In this document: positions 15,977-25,784 of the stretch, piece after piece
Position numbering within the stretch: the stretch's first letter is position 1
Layout: each line of letters opens with the position of its first letter
Assembly: GCA_037442745.1 (NCBI GenBank)
Contig: JBBIPP010000003.1
Location: 30,568-94,567, forward strand
Length of the DNA stretch: 64,000 nucleotides
Reading direction: 5' to 3'
Source of the DNA: an archaeon
GTDB taxonomy: Archaea > SpSt-1190 > DYHY01
Notes under the pieces: model-generated
Told to the model about the DNA's origin: nothing
Database searches by the model: none
Seen by the model: the letters and a program-made list of their open reading frames with translations, nothing else
Made by a program: the position numbers and the translations under genes

Positions 15977-18652
15977 CTATATCACGTAGAAGCTTTTCGC
16001 GAACCCGTTCGAAAACACTTCCCTGAACCTCTCCGTTCCCGCGCCGTCGAGAATGTATGTCCGGGTGAAAATGTTCCTGTCACCGCCTTTTGTTGCGTAA
16101 ATTGCCGCGCCCGGAATTAGTATTGCGCTTCCGGAATCCAGCTGGGCGCCGGACGAGTTTGTCTCAAAAACCCCGTCATAAGTAGCAATTGAGGAAAGTA
16201 CTGCTGCGCCCGCCTGTCCGGACACCCCTATTAGCGGGAGGGCAGTCCCGTTCTGGTCAACAATTGCAATGAAATATCCTCCGGAGGAATATATTCTTCC
16301 CTTGCCTAGCAGGGTGTCGGAATCCCTCAGATATGGGAACACTGCGTATTGGACGGGACGAAGGCCTATGCTTGAAGCCGCCGACATTTTTCCTATCATT
16401 GTGGAATCGTGCGTCATTAGCCTCGGGGGCTTTAGCTTGTTCTCAAAAGGGGAGTATCCGAAAATTAGATTTCCTCCTTCGGCCCGGAGATACGGCTCTA
16501 TTCTTGTCTTGTCCCCGACCCTCTCAAGGGAGACTTCCCCTTCGTTGAAAGGCGTTGTCAAGCCTATCTGGACTGTGCTAATTTCGCCAGCCTCGGGAAC
16601 CTGGACTTGCCCTTCCCTGCCGGAATAGACCTCCCTATAATTCACAAGGAGTTTGGCTGAATATTCGCCTTCCGGGAGTTCTGAGAGGTTGACGGAATAT
16701 CCGGAGCAGGTCTTTTGCCTTGGTCCGGGATTGTCCCCGACGCATTCGCCCTTGATTAATGTCTTTTCGGGAAGGAAGCGGGGATAGAAATCCTCCGCAT
16801 AAACCTCGTTGGAATATTCGTATGTCTTGTCCCCTTTTGAAAGGGTGAGAGTGACTATTGGATAGTGCATTGTTGTCATCCAGTCGGCCGCCCTGTTCTC
16901 GTCAGAATCAGTGAACATTAGCCCGAGCTCTTGGTTCATTTTCAATATCCTGTTTCCGCCGTCGGCAACAGATGGCCTCCTAGCGAAATACTGTATCCAG
17001 TAGCCATAGTCCCACCATGCGAGAACCGGGCTCTCTTTTGCGAGGTTCTGGTCGCTCCATTTGAAGTTCTCGAACCATTCGGAATTGACAGATGTCCTTA
17101 TTCCCGAAGCGGAACTGAGAACAGTTGGATAGAGCTGGACGAATATTGCGAGGACAATGAATGCGGCAGCCCATTTGGGAGCGGATTCGGGAAAATTCCT
17201 CGAAATTGCCCCTATTGCAATTGCAACTCCCGCAAGCCCGAGGAAAATATAGACAAGAATAGGCTCTTTCGAGAATCCGGCGAACAGGAATCCTGTTGAG
17301 ACAAGAATCCCCCCGAAAATCAGGGACAGCGACTTGTTCTTCGAGTTGCGGTATAGTGATGTTATTGCCTGGCCTGCGGCGAACGCGACTATTGGCGCAA
17401 GGCTAACGAAAAACCGGACGCCCCTGCTCGCAGAATAGAGGTTGAATGCAAGGAGGCAGGCAGTCAGCAAATCCTCGTCCCTCTTTGAGAAGAAGAGTGC
17501 AGGGAAAATCCCTAGGGAGAGCGCGAAAACAAGCCCAAGCTGGAGCCAATATGTGTTCGCGCCCTGGGCGAATGCTGGCTCCCATGGGAATGCCCATGAG
17601 GTCGGCTGGTTCTCGCCAACCGTCCCTCCGTGGATCGAGTATCTAAGGGGGTTTGAGAATTGGCGGGTTATTGAGGAGACTGTTTCAACAGGGTTGTTTC
17701 CTGTTGCAAGGAGGATTACGAGTCCGGCAAGGAGAGTGGCCACAACCGAAAGCCAGAGGAGGGTGCTGTTGGAAAGCTTTTTTTTCGGGAAAATTCTGTC
17801 AGAATATCTGAAGAAAAGATATGCTATTACCGGAAATGCCGTTGCTCCGTATAATGCGAGGTTCAGGGACGATTTCGCGAAAACGAGTCCTCCTGTGTTC
17901 CCATACCACAGGCGCATTATTACTGGAAAGATGACAAATGGGATTGTTCCAAGAACATTCGCTTTTGCCCTGTACCTAAATGCCTGGACTGCCGTGAAAA
18001 GCAGTACAGGAGCAACATAGAGAACGTATGAGGAAAGGGAGAGGGCGGCGAGCCCCATTGATATTCCGGCAAATGCCCCGAAAATCAGTATTGAGCCGAT
18101 TCTCTCCTCCTGAATATATCTGTAAACGAAATAAATGGAGATTGTCATTAAGAAGAACGCGGCAGTGTCCTTGTCAGTGAATCCGGCAACTGACCGAAAC
18201 ATTGCGCCCGGAACAATTGCGAAAAGGAGCGCTCCTATGAACCAGTCCTTCCCCGCCCTGTATCCTAGATAGGCGAGAACAATTACAGTCAGTATTGTGA
18301 ATATTGGCGCATACCATTTGGACGCCGATTTGACTCCCTCGAAGGTTGAAAGGCAAAATGGGTTTATTCTGCAGAGGAATGCGACGGAATATGTCGGGAC
18401 ATGGTAGTCCCCTCCGTCATATATCAGGGGGTAATACCGGTCAGTCTCGGAAGAGGGCAGTTCCCCTGTTCTGATAATTTCCTCCGCCTTGTTATGGAAA
18501 TACATTGTGTCGAACTCGAGAAGGTGCGGGTCGTCTAGGCTCTGTAGCCTCGTGAATAGTGTGAGAAGTATTGTTGCAAAGACTGCCAGAATCGCGAGTA
18601 TTCTTGCGAAATTTGCTCTTTTTTTGGGAAACTTGTTTTCGCTCTCTTGCAT
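15977..18652 (-). CDS. aglB: oligosaccharyltransferase AglB (STT3 family)
   Basis: 891 aa with a multi-TM N-terminal domain and the WWDYGYWI motif (LAWWDYGYWIQYF). Confidence 0.9.
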   Translation of the reverse strand: MQESENKFPKKRANFARILAILAVFATILLTLFTRLQSLDDPHLLEFDTMYFHNKAEEIIRTGELPSSETDRYYPLIYDGGDYHVPTYSVAFLCRINPFCLSTFEGVKSASKWYAPIFTILTVIVLAYLGYRAGKDWFIGALLFAIVPGAMFRSVAGFTDKDTAAFFLMTISIYFVYRYIQEERIGSILIFGAFAGISMGLAALSLSSYVLYVAPVLLFTAVQAFRYRAKANVLGTIPFVIFPVIMRLWYGNTGGLVFAKSSLNLALYGATAFPVIAYLFFRYSDRIFPKKKLSNSTLLWLSVVATLLAGLVILLATGNNPVETVSSITRQFSNPLRYSIHGGTVGENQPTSWAFPWEPAFAQGANTYWLQLGLVFALSLGIFPALFFSKRDEDLLTACLLAFNLYSASRGVRFFVSLAPIVAFAAGQAITSLYRNSKNKSLSLIFGGILVSTGFLFAGFSKEPILVYIFLGLAGVAIAIGAISRNFPESAPKWAAAFIVLAIFVQLYPTVLSSASGIRTSVNSEWFENFKWSDQNLAKESPVLAWWDYGYWIQYFARRPSVADGGNRILKMNQELGLMFTDSDENRAADWMTTMHYPIVTLTLSKGDKTYEYSNEVYAEDFYPRFLPEKTLIKGECVGDNPGPRQKTCSGYSVNLSELPEGEYSAKLLVNYREVYSGREGQVQVPEAGEISTVQIGLTTPFNEGEVSLERVGDKTRIEPYLRAEGGNLIFGYSPFENKLKPPRLMTHDSTMIGKMSAASSIGLRPVQYAVFPYLRDSDTLLGKGRIYSSGGYFIAIVDQNGTALPLIGVSGQAGAAVLSSIATYDGVFETNSSGAQLDSGSAILIPGAAIYATKGGDRNIFTRTYILDGAGTERFREVFSNGFAKSFYVI

Positions 18653-18740
18653 TTCGTCCGTTTGGCTCTTCTTGGGTGTTTTTTAAAACCTTTTTAGGGG
18701 AATTGTGTTTTAAAGCCGGGAAACCCCCCGTTTTCGGCAG

Positions 18741-19700
18741 ATGGGGCGACCGAGTTTCGTTGTTAGTGGTGGGGCGGGGTTCGTTGGTTCCGCGCTTGTC
18801 CGGGAGATTTTGGAATCCAGAAAAGGAACGCAAGTCATTGTAATTGACAATCTTTCCTCGGGGAAAAAGGAGAACATCCCTCCGGGAGCCTTCTTTTTGC
18901 CGATTGACCTCGCAAAAGAGTCTCCCGGCGAGATTTCCAGAGCAATTTCCGGAGCGGAAACTGTCTTCCATCTTGCCTCAAACGCCTCCGTTCCGAGAGG
19001 CGGAATTAACAGGTTCTTTGATTTGAAGAACAATGTCGAAGGGACTGTTAGGCTCCTTGAGGCGTGCGCGCTTTCGGGAAGCGTGAAAAGAATTGTCCTT
19101 GCATCGAGCTCCGCAGTATATGGTCTTCGGGCGGGGAGACGTCCCTCAGAGACCGCTCCTTGCGAGCCAATATCAATGTACGGGGCGTCGAAGCTCGCCT
19201 GCGAGGGGTATTTGTCCGCGTATTGCAACAATTTCGGGTTCGAAGGAAGCGTTTTCAGGATTGCGAACATTGTAGGAAGGGGGCAGGAGAGAGGCATTCT
19301 CCACGACATTTTCTCAAGGAAAGGCGACTTGGCTCTCTTCGGAAATGGCGCTGAGAAAAAATCCTATTTGCACGTGAATGACTGCGTTTCGGGAATTCTT
19401 GCGGGCGCCTTTTGGGGAGGCGCTGTTCCGGGGAAGGTGGAAACTTTCAACCTTGGCTCGGATTCGGCAATCTCCGTAAAGGCGCTGTCAGCAATTGCCC
19501 TCGGGGAAATCCGCAGGAAGACTGGGCGTTCGCCCGCCCTCTCTTTTTCGGGAAAACCGAGTTGGCCGGGAGACGTCCCTGAAATGCGCCTAAATTGCAG
19601 AAAGCTGAAAAGCATCGGCTGGATCCCTGAACTAAAAAAGAGCGCGGATGCTATTGAGCGTGCGGCAGAGGAACTTTCGGACAGGTGGCTTGGAAAATGA
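18741..19700 (+). CDS. NAD-dependent epimerase/dehydratase (UDP-sugar 4-epimerase-like SDR)
   Basis: 319 aa. GGAGFVGSALV Rossmann motif and a YGASK catalytic YxxxK. Confidence 0.8.
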   Translation: MGRPSFVVSGGAGFVGSALVREILESRKGTQVIVIDNLSSGKKENIPPGAFFLPIDLAKESPGEISRAISGAETVFHLASNASVPRGGINRFFDLKNNVEGTVRLLEACALSGSVKRIVLASSSAVYGLRAGRRPSETAPCEPISMYGASKLACEGYLSAYCNNFGFEGSVFRIANIVGRGQERGILHDIFSRKGDLALFGNGAEKKSYLHVNDCVSGILAGAFWGGAVPGKVETFNLGSDSAISVKALSAIALGEIRRKTGRSPALSFSGKPSWPGDVPEMRLNCRKLKSIGWIPELKKSADAIERAAEELSDRWLGK

Positions 19701-20584
19701 AAAGAAAAATATCTGTTATCTGCACTGTCCGAAACGAGGAGAGTGCGCTGAATGCGCTCGTTGATTCCATTCTTTCCCAGAAAAGGTTGCCTGATGAGAT
19801 AGTGTTCGTTGACGGGGGGTCTGTTGACCGGACGCTTGAAATCCTGAAAAGCTATGGAAAAAAGCTCCGGGTAATCTCGAGCCCCGGGGCGAACATTGCC
19901 GAGGGGAGAAACATTGCAATAAGGAGCGCGAAGGGGGAATGGGTTGCCTCAATTGATGGGGGATGCGTTGCGGACAAAGACTGGCTACTGAATCTTGAGA
20001 GGAAAATGTCGTTTGCTGATGTTGTCTCTGGCGCATATCTTCCTATTGGAAAAACTCGATTCGAAAGGGTTCAGGGAAGAGTTGTCGTGAAGAACCCGGA
20101 GAAGTTGGATTCGAAGAGTTTTCTTCCATCCTCCCGCTCAGTTGCTTTCAAGAAATCCGTCTGGCTTGCTGTCGGGGGCTATCCTGAGAACACATATACT
20201 GCGGAGGACACCCTTTTCGACATGAAACTGAAGCGGGCGGGCTTTAGGTTCGCTCTTGCGAGGGACGCGATTGTTTTCTGGAGAATGAGAGCGACCCTTT
20301 CAAAATTCGCAAAACAATTCTTCCTTTATGGCAAAGGGGACGGAAAAACCGGGCTCGTTTTCCGGATGCCGTTGAACCTCGCAATGGCAACCTGTTTCCT
20401 TCTAGCTTTTGCTCTCTTGTTCCTCGGGAATTTCTGGCTCCTTGGGGCAATTATGGGGGCGCTCGTTCTTGTGGGATTTTCAAAATCCCGGTCAGTTCAA
20501 GAATTCCCGATTGCCCTTCTTTTAGTGTCTGTGAAGAGGATTGCATATTCGGTGGGCGTTTTTTGGGGGCTTGTCCAAAAATGA
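19697..20584 (+). CDS. GT2 family glycosyltransferase
   Basis: ISVICTVRNEE...VFVDGGSVDRT...IDGG. ATGA start/stop overlap with the upstream epimerase indicates translational coupling. Confidence 0.75.
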   Translation: MKRKISVICTVRNEESALNALVDSILSQKRLPDEIVFVDGGSVDRTLEILKSYGKKLRVISSPGANIAEGRNIAIRSAKGEWVASIDGGCVADKDWLLNLERKMSFADVVSGAYLPIGKTRFERVQGRVVVKNPEKLDSKSFLPSSRSVAFKKSVWLAVGGYPENTYTAEDTLFDMKLKRAGFRFALARDAIVFWRMRATLSKFAKQFFLYGKGDGKTGLVFRMPLNLAMATCFLLAFALLFLGNFWLLGAIMGALVLVGFSKSRSVQEFPIALLLVSVKRIAYSVGVFWGLVQK

Positions 20585-21813
20585 AATTTCCCGGACCATC
20601 CTCCTTCGTGGGGAAAAAAAAGGATGCAATATTCCTCTCGGGTGCGAACCTGATGAATTATGCCCTCTCAATGCTTGCGGGGATTGTTGCCGCGGGAATT
20701 CTCGGGCCGGAGCAGTACGCAACAAAGGTTCTTGTTTTCTCAATTGTCGGCCTTGTGGCATCGTTCTCCGACCTCGGAATATCCTTTGCCGTAATGAAGG
20801 ATGGCGGGGGAAAGGGTGGCTCCAGGACGTTCTCATCGGGCTTGTGGCTGTCAATAATTTCCGGCGCAGTGTTTTTCGTACTCTTGTTCCCCGCATTCGT
20901 TCTTGTTGGCAGGGGATATGGAATATCTGAACCCTTTCTCTTTGCAATCTATGCGGGAACCGGGCTACTAAAGCAGATCTCGTCAATAGGATATTCCTAC
21001 CTTGTTTCGAGGGAAAGGGCGGGGGTTGCCGCTAGTCTAAACGCGGTTGCCGGAATTTCCTACTTAATTCTGGTCTTGGCGCTCACGTGGGCTCTTGGGC
21101 TTTTCGGATTCTTCCTTGCGGTCTTCCTCTCAAGCCTTCTAGACGCCTCTCTGAAACTTTTTTGGGCTTTCCGCGAACTGGGAAGGGCGCCCATTGCTTT
21201 TTCGGGATTCGGCCCTATTGAAAAATCGATTGTTACAACAGGGCTTGCCTCGACAGGAATGAGTTTGCTTTCATATGTCGCGCTGAATTCCTCGAAGTTC
21301 GCGCTTGGTCTCCTGTCAGACAGGGCCATTGTCGCATATTTCGCAATAGCGCTCCTTCCAATATATCCCATAATTGTAGTTTCCGGATCAATTGCTTCGA
21401 GCATTGTCCCAAGAGTCAGGAGGGCGCGGGGAAATGAAAGAATGAGGCTTGTCGGAAAATCTCTCCGCTATTCCGCTCTTGCCGGATTTGGGATAGCCTC
21501 CATTGCAGTGCCCGGCTATTGGATTCTGACAAACGCGTTCCTTCCAAAATACTCGCCTTCGCTTGCGCTCCTCGCGTTTCTTGCGGTTCCGATAGCTATT
21601 GAAGGTGGAATTAGCTCTATTTCGGCAACATTCCTATTGGCAATGGGCCGGAACCGGGAGGCGCTTTTTGCAAGGGCTGTCGGAGTTATCCCGATTCTGG
21701 TTCTGGGGCCGATCTTGACTTTGCAGTTCGGGGTCTGGGGGACAATTGCCGCTTTTTGGGCAGGCTCCCTTCTTGGGGGGGTTCTCCTCCTGAGAACAGT
21801 CCTGAAGAATTAA
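20581..21813 (+). CDS. Wzx-like polysaccharide/oligosaccharide flippase (MOP superfamily), copy 1
   Basis: About 410 aa, 12 predicted TM helices. ATGA overlap with the upstream GT2. Paralogous to 24426..25529. Confidence 0.7.
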   Translation: MKFPGPSSFVGKKKDAIFLSGANLMNYALSMLAGIVAAGILGPEQYATKVLVFSIVGLVASFSDLGISFAVMKDGGGKGGSRTFSSGLWLSIISGAVFFVLLFPAFVLVGRGYGISEPFLFAIYAGTGLLKQISSIGYSYLVSRERAGVAASLNAVAGISYLILVLALTWALGLFGFFLAVFLSSLLDASLKLFWAFRELGRAPIAFSGFGPIEKSIVTTGLASTGMSLLSYVALNSSKFALGLLSDRAIVAYFAIALLPIYPIIVVSGSIASSIVPRVRRARGNERMRLVGKSLRYSALAGFGIASIAVPGYWILTNAFLPKYSPSLALLAFLAVPIAIEGGISSISATFLLAMGRNREALFARAVGVIPILVLGPILTLQFGVWGTIAAFWAGSLLGGVLLLRTVLKN

Positions 21814-22931
21814 CGCAGTCTGCCAGAGAGGACTTGCTCGTATATTTTCCGGTATTTCTCAATTACGGTTTTTTCCGAATGGAATTTCTCAATATGCTTT
21901 CTCGCGGAAATCCTGTCCGAGTGCTTTAGGGACCGGACAGCCGAAAAGAACCCGGCTTTGTCCCTGAACTCCTTTATCGGAGCTCCCTTTTCGCATCCGC
22001 AATCTCCTGATACTCCGATAACTGGGACTCCTTCGGCCATTGATTCAAGGCCGTTATATCCAAGCCCCGCGGGCTCAAAAGTCACAATTGCCGACATTTT
22101 TGAGACTGCTCTTCTGACCTCTGCCGGGCTGGGGAGCCTGTAGAAAAATATCTTCTTCTCCGCGCCCTCCTTTTTTGCAAGGGCTTTTAGGGAGTTCTCG
22201 AGGGGCCCATATCCTATAATGTGAAGTTCCGCTGATTTGTCAATTTCGCGGGAATATTGGGCGAACCAAGACACTAGCGTGTCAAGACGTTTCAAGGGTA
22301 TGTATCTTGAAACTGAGCACAATCGCGTCCTATCGGGCGCTTTCCCGGGGCTTTTGGCGATTTTTGAGACCGCGTGCTGTATAACGACTTTTTTGTCCGA
22401 ATATGGATATATTTCTGAGAGCATTTTGGTGTTGAAAACGAGGAGTTCGCTTCGGCAAGCGGCAATTTCCGAGATCTTCCTGGCCAAACTGGATGCAACA
22501 ATTGATTTTGGGAATTTCCTCCCGGAAAACATTTTTGAGGCATAGTTTAGGCTCCCGTGAACGTGGGTTACTGTCGGCTTTTCGCAATACATTGAGTATA
22601 TTTCCCCGTTTGCGTGGCAGAGGTCGAACTTCCCCTTCCGGAAAATTGCCCGGATTTTTGGGCGAAGAATCGGGATGTTCAGGAGATGCTCTAGGGACAC
22701 GGGATCCTTTGACGGATAGAACCGCGTCCTTGTTGCAAAGAGCGCGCGTTTTTCCTTCGCCTGGGCTTCCTGAGCGGGCGAGCAGATGAACGCGTTTTCA
22801 TGAGATATTTTCGCTCGGGAGAGGGCAGAGTTGTGCCAAGAGAAGAATGTCTCTACTCCTGCAGGCTTGAGGGAGCCATCGGGAAGATAGGGATAATGGG
22901 TGAGTGTGAGGAGGTTCATTACAGGTTCCAA
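21810..22931 (-). CDS. GT4 family glycosyltransferase
   Basis: 373 aa. C-terminal E-x7-E motif (EPAGLGYNGLESMAEGVPVI). Confidence 0.7.
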   Translation of the reverse strand: MEPVMNLLTLTHYPYLPDGSLKPAGVETFFSWHNSALSRAKISHENAFICSPAQEAQAKEKRALFATRTRFYPSKDPVSLEHLLNIPILRPKIRAIFRKGKFDLCHANGEIYSMYCEKPTVTHVHGSLNYASKMFSGRKFPKSIVASSLARKISEIAACRSELLVFNTKMLSEIYPYSDKKVVIQHAVSKIAKSPGKAPDRTRLCSVSRYIPLKRLDTLVSWFAQYSREIDKSAELHIIGYGPLENSLKALAKKEGAEKKIFFYRLPSPAEVRRAVSKMSAIVTFEPAGLGYNGLESMAEGVPVIGVSGDCGCEKGAPIKEFRDKAGFFSAVRSLKHSDRISARKHIEKFHSEKTVIEKYRKIYEQVLSGRLR

Positions 22932-22973
22932 CTTTTCGCCTAGTATTTAAAATCTGGAGGTGGATTTCCACGG

Positions 22974-23273
22974 AAATGAGAATACTTCATGTCACGCCCT
23001 TTTTTTCTCCCCATATTGGCGGGGTCGAGAGACACGTCCTTGAGGTTTCCCGGTGCCTTGCTGAAAAGGGGCATTCCGTCTCTGTCTTCACTGTCGCCCA
23101 TGAAAAGGGGCTGTCTGAGAGGGAAACTATCGGACGAGTCAGGATAATCCGCGCCCCTTTCTGGGGAATGGGGTATTTCTCACGTCTCTTTTCGGCTTGG
23201 TGGTTTGTCATCAGGAACTGGAAGGAATTTCGGGAGTTCGACATAACCCATCTCCATGATTTTCCTGCTTTCG
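22974..23273 (+). repeat. direct repeat copy 1 (300 bp), near-identical to 25524..25784 except a 39-bp in-frame indel and about 3 SNPs
   Basis: Direct sequence comparison. Identity begins 2 nt before the ATG and ends after ...HDFPAF. Confidence 0.85.
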
Positions 23274-24028
23274 CCTGGCTCCTCTTTCTTCCGGAAAAAA
23301 AGACAATCACTTTCCATGGGTATGAAAGGGACCCTGTGACTCTCAAGCACAAGGTATTGAGGAAGATTGCCGAAAAATTCACCCGCTCGAACTTTTGCGT
23401 TGGAACGCATCTTGTCGGGCATTATGGCACGGCCTGCCCGAAAGAGAGGATATTGGTTGGCGGGGTTGATTCCGGAAAAATCAAAAGGCGGGCAGTTCCC
23501 TTCCGGAAAAAGGAACGGAAGAAAATATTGTTCCTTACGCGCCTCGCATGGGATACCCAGATAAGGGAATTCGTCCTCGCAATGAGGCACCTTCCCGGGT
23601 TTTCCCTCGAAGTTTATGGGGAAGGCCCTTTGAAAGAAGAGCTGACAAAACTCGCGAAAAGCGAGCGCCTTAAAGTTCGGTTCCTTGGAAAATGGCCGGG
23701 CGACTCTAACGACCTCTTCAGGAAATACAGGTTCGTCTTTGCCGCGCGACAACTGACAATTCTTGAGGCTCTCGGGAACGGGGCAATTGTCTTCTCAGTC
23801 CACACATCGGAAATAATGAAAAATCTCCTTATTGGAATGGGTTCCCCGAGGGAAACCCACATTCTTACGGGCTCGGTCGGGGAGCTGGCAGAGCGCTTTA
23901 GAGAAATTGCAGGGGAGCCGGAAAACTCCCTGCTCCTGCGTTCGGAGAAGGGGAAAAAATACGCCCTCTCGTTCGATTGGGAAAAGATTGCAAATAGCTA
24001 TCTGAGGGAGTATTCCCGGATTCTCTAA
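22976..24028 (+). CDS. GT4 family glycosyltransferase (copy A of a partially duplicated gene)
   Basis: 350 aa. MRILHVTPFFSPHIGGVERHV... typical GT4 N-terminus. First 300 bp are near-identical to the 5' end of 25526..26536. Confidence 0.75.
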   Translation: MRILHVTPFFSPHIGGVERHVLEVSRCLAEKGHSVSVFTVAHEKGLSERETIGRVRIIRAPFWGMGYFSRLFSAWWFVIRNWKEFREFDITHLHDFPAFAWLLFLPEKKTITFHGYERDPVTLKHKVLRKIAEKFTRSNFCVGTHLVGHYGTACPKERILVGGVDSGKIKRRAVPFRKKERKKILFLTRLAWDTQIREFVLAMRHLPGFSLEVYGEGPLKEELTKLAKSERLKVRFLGKWPGDSNDLFRKYRFVFAARQLTILEALGNGAIVFSVHTSEIMKNLLIGMGSPRETHILTGSVGELAERFREIAGEPENSLLLRSEKGKKYALSFDWEKIANSYLREYSRIL

Positions 24029-24037
24029 GGACAACTT

Positions 24038-24565
24038 TCACTTCTTTGCAAGGTTCGCGATTGTCTCCGCAATGAATTCCGCGTCCGCTTCCGAGACTGA
24101 TGCGTGGACAGGAAGAGCCAACACCTCTTTTGCGGCTTTTTCGGCCTGCGGGAGAATCTGGGCGTTCCATTCAGAATAGGATTTCTGCTTGTGAACGGGT
24201 ATCGGATAGTGGATTCCTGAGCCTATTCCCTTCTCTTTTAGTTTTTCAATAAGGGCGTCCCTGTCAAGGCCGTATTCGTCCGGGAGAACGCGTATAACAT
24301 ACTGGTGGAAAACGTGCTTCCTTCCTGGGAGGACTTTTGGGACAATAATTCCCGGGACTTTGGAGAGGCGGGCGGAGAGTATTTTCGCGTTCCGTCCCCT
24401 TGTCCAGTTCCTGTTATCGAGATGAGTGAGCTTCTTTGTCGCGTTCGCGGACCTCGGGATACAGTTCTCCCTTCTAAGAGAGATTGGGAGCAGAAAATCC
24501 GAAAAAGCCAGGCGTTTCCTCCTTTCAAGGGGTCTTGCGATAAACTCTCTGACTGTTTTTGTTTT
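24038..24565 (-). pseudogene. DegT/DnrJ/EryC1/StrS aminotransferase, N-terminally truncated remnant (C-terminal about 150 aa only, no start codon)
   Basis: Stop-to-stop frame with no Met translates to ...RKHVFHQYVIRVLPDEYGLDRDALIEKLKEKGIGSGIHYPIPVHKQ...LALPVHASVSEADAEFIAETI, the classic DegT C-terminus. It overlaps the start of flippase copy 2. Confidence 0.6.
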
Positions 24566-25529
24566 CTACTGGGTCGCCCTCTTGGCGTTCATCCCTATTG
24601 GGCGCGCTTATGGAATAGGAAACCCGTTCTTCCTAGTTTCCCTCTCTGCTGCATTCAGCATAAAGCAGATTGCCGCCCTCCTATTCTCATATTCTGCGGG
24701 AAAGAGGATGTTCAAACAGCTGTCAGAAGCAATTGTCCTCTCGGCAATTGCGTATTCCGTCCTAGCAATATTTCTGACAATGCTCTTCGGAATAAGAGGA
24801 CTTTTCTGGGCGATTCTTGCCGGTTCGATAATAGACGCGTTCCTAAAGGCTGGAATGGTGAACTTGCGCACGGCGGACGTCTGGGCCCTTGGAAAATCCT
24901 TCTTCAGGTTCGGCTCGCCTGAGGACAGGCTTCTCGTCTCCGGAGGTCTTGTTTTCATGGCATCAACCTGGTTCGCAACTGCGCTTCAGAATTATGACGA
25001 CCTCATTCTGGGGGCTTTCCATGAAAAAGGGCTTGTGTCGTATTATGCAGTTGCATACCTCCCGATTTTTCCGATGCTTGTTGCAGCAAACTCAATATTC
25101 GCAGCACCCCTTCCGGGAATCTCTTCCCTCTCTGGGCCCGAAAAAAGGAGGGTTTTTGGCAAGTCCGTGAAATACGCCTGCCTCGTCTCTTCCGCCTTGG
25201 CCATTGCCGGAATTCCCGCATATTTCTTTCTGACTGAATTCTTCCTCGAGAAATACGCGCTCTCAGCGACTCTTCTGACTTTCCTCGCAGTCCCGTTCAT
25301 AATAGAGTCCGGCGTGAATAACACAACAGTCAATTTCCTGATTGCGTTCGGCATGAACCGCGTGTCCTTTGCAATGAGGGGGATTCAGCTAACCATCTCG
25401 GTCATATTCGGCTTCTTCCTGATAAGGGAGTTCTGGATATGGGGAGCGGTCGCCTCCGTCTGGATGAGTTCTCTTTCAGGTCTTGCCCTCTCGGCTTTCT
25501 TCTACTTCAAGGGAGAATTTTTCAAATGA
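24426..25529 (+). CDS. Wzx-like flippase, copy 2 (GTG start directly after an in-frame TGA; lacks about 65 N-terminal residues relative to copy 1)
   Basis: FADLGIQFSLLREIGSRK aligns to residue about 68 of copy 1 (FSDLGISFAVMKDGGGK). ATGA-coupled to the downstream GT4. Confidence 0.55.
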   Translation: MSFFVAFADLGIQFSLLREIGSRKSEKARRFLLSRGLAINSLTVFVFYWVALLAFIPIGRAYGIGNPFFLVSLSAAFSIKQIAALLFSYSAGKRMFKQLSEAIVLSAIAYSVLAIFLTMLFGIRGLFWAILAGSIIDAFLKAGMVNLRTADVWALGKSFFRFGSPEDRLLVSGGLVFMASTWFATALQNYDDLILGAFHEKGLVSYYAVAYLPIFPMLVAANSIFAAPLPGISSLSGPEKRRVFGKSVKYACLVSSALAIAGIPAYFFLTEFFLEKYALSATLLTFLAVPFIIESGVNNTTVNFLIAFGMNRVSFAMRGIQLTISVIFGFFLIREFWIWGAVASVWMSSLSGLALSAFFYFKGEFFK

Positions 25530-25784
25530 GAATACTTCATGTCACGCCCTTTTTTTCTCCCCATATTGGCGGGGTCGAGAGACACGGCCTTGAGGTTTCC
25601 CGGTGCCTTGCTGAAAAGGGGCTGTCTGAAAGGGAAACTATCGGACGAGTCAGGATAATCCGCGCCCCTTTCTGGGGAATGGGGTATTTCTCACGTCTCT
25701 TTTCGGCTTGGTGGTTTGTCATCAGGAACTGGAAGGAATTTCGGGAGTTCGACATAACCCATCTCCATGATTTTCCTGCTTTCG
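25524..25784 (+). repeat. direct repeat copy 2 (261 bp) of 22974..23273
   Basis: Direct sequence comparison. Confidence 0.85.

Noticed and set aside
24305-24922. ORF 24305..24922 (+) and ORF 24238..24528 (-)
   Set aside because: Alternative-frame artefacts overlapping the DegT relic and flippase-2. Their translations are low-complexity and lack motifs.
22987-25755. Identical minus-strand ORFs (MSNSRNSFQFLMTNHQAEKRREKYPIPQKG...) at 22987..23382 and 25537..25755
   Set aside because: They are antisense to the duplicated 5' ends of the two GT4 genes. Their identity reflects the DNA repeat, not a conserved gene.
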